Shown: piece by piece, positions 63,431 to 64,000 of the stretch | Layout of the letters: each line of letters begins with the position of its first letter | Position numbering within the stretch: the stretch's first letter is position 1 | DNA from: Camelus dromedarius | Taxonomy: Eukaryota | Length of the DNA stretch: 64,000 nucleotides | Assembly (NCBI RefSeq): GCF_036321535.1 | Contig: NC_087436.1 | Span: forward strand, 11,470,001-11,534,000 | Reading direction: 5' to 3' | The notes under the pieces: model-generated | The model's database searches: none | Told to the model about the DNA's origin: nothing | Seen by the model: the letters and a program-made list of their open reading frames with translations, nothing else | Program-made: the position numbers and the translations under genes

Positions 63431-64000
63431 TGCATGCATGTATTTTTTAATTTATATAACAGTATGTATACTATATCTCATTCTTTTTCTTGCTCTTTAT
63501 AGTCAGCAATGGTTGTTGGGATAATCCCTATTGCTTTTGTATCTCTGGTCTCTTCCTTCTCACTGCTTCACTTCATTGAAGGATCATAAAGATTGTGCCC
63601 ATTTCCAACTTTACTAAGAATGTGGCAAATTATCCTCCAGCATGGTGGTTGTATTTATTTGCATTACTTCACTTCTAACTTACTTCTACTTCAAGTTATG
63701 CATCCACCTCAGTTTGCTGAAATCTTCCCCCAGTGACAGATACTCACACGGCTTTCCAACAACCTCTACTGCCATCAGTTCTGCAATGAAAGTAGTTATA
63801 TATGCTCCCTCGGAGACCCACATGAGAGCGTCTTTGGGGTATATACTCCAAGAGGACGGAGACTGCTGGGCCACCAATTACACATGTACTAATCTAACTA
63901 AGCACTGCTAGATTGCTCTTCAGAATGTGTACGAACCTACCTCCCATCTACAGTGTGTAGTGAGTGCTTCATTAGCCCTCCAGCCTCTTCAGATCACCAT

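Overview
Mammalian genomic DNA, almost certainly camelid: it carries many tRNA-Ala-derived Vic-1-type SINEs and a young lineage-specific L1 family. The only clear protein-coding gene is the lysosomal membrane protein gene TMEM192 on the minus strand (6 coding exons, 3597..23754, 265 aa), with a CpG-island promoter at about 23.3-24.1 kb. The remaining ~40 kb is repeat-rich intergenic DNA (L1 3' fragments, ERV1/ERVL/MaLR solo LTRs, SINEs, MIR, MER5A, MER6). I see no clearly supported novel multi-gene system. The most notable signals are: (1) a 95-bp exact templated insertion ending in a fold-back palindrome; (2) an orphan poly(A)-tailed retrocopy with no TSD; (3) TMEM192 changes relative to human (first ATG, second dileucine motif, dimerisation Cys); (4) a speculative chain of phase-compatible plus-strand exon-like cassettes at 51.7-57.8 kb; (5) an orphan CpG-rich element at about 59.2-59.8 kb. 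Human protein comparisons and repeat family names are from memory, and repeat boundaries without a TSD are approximate.
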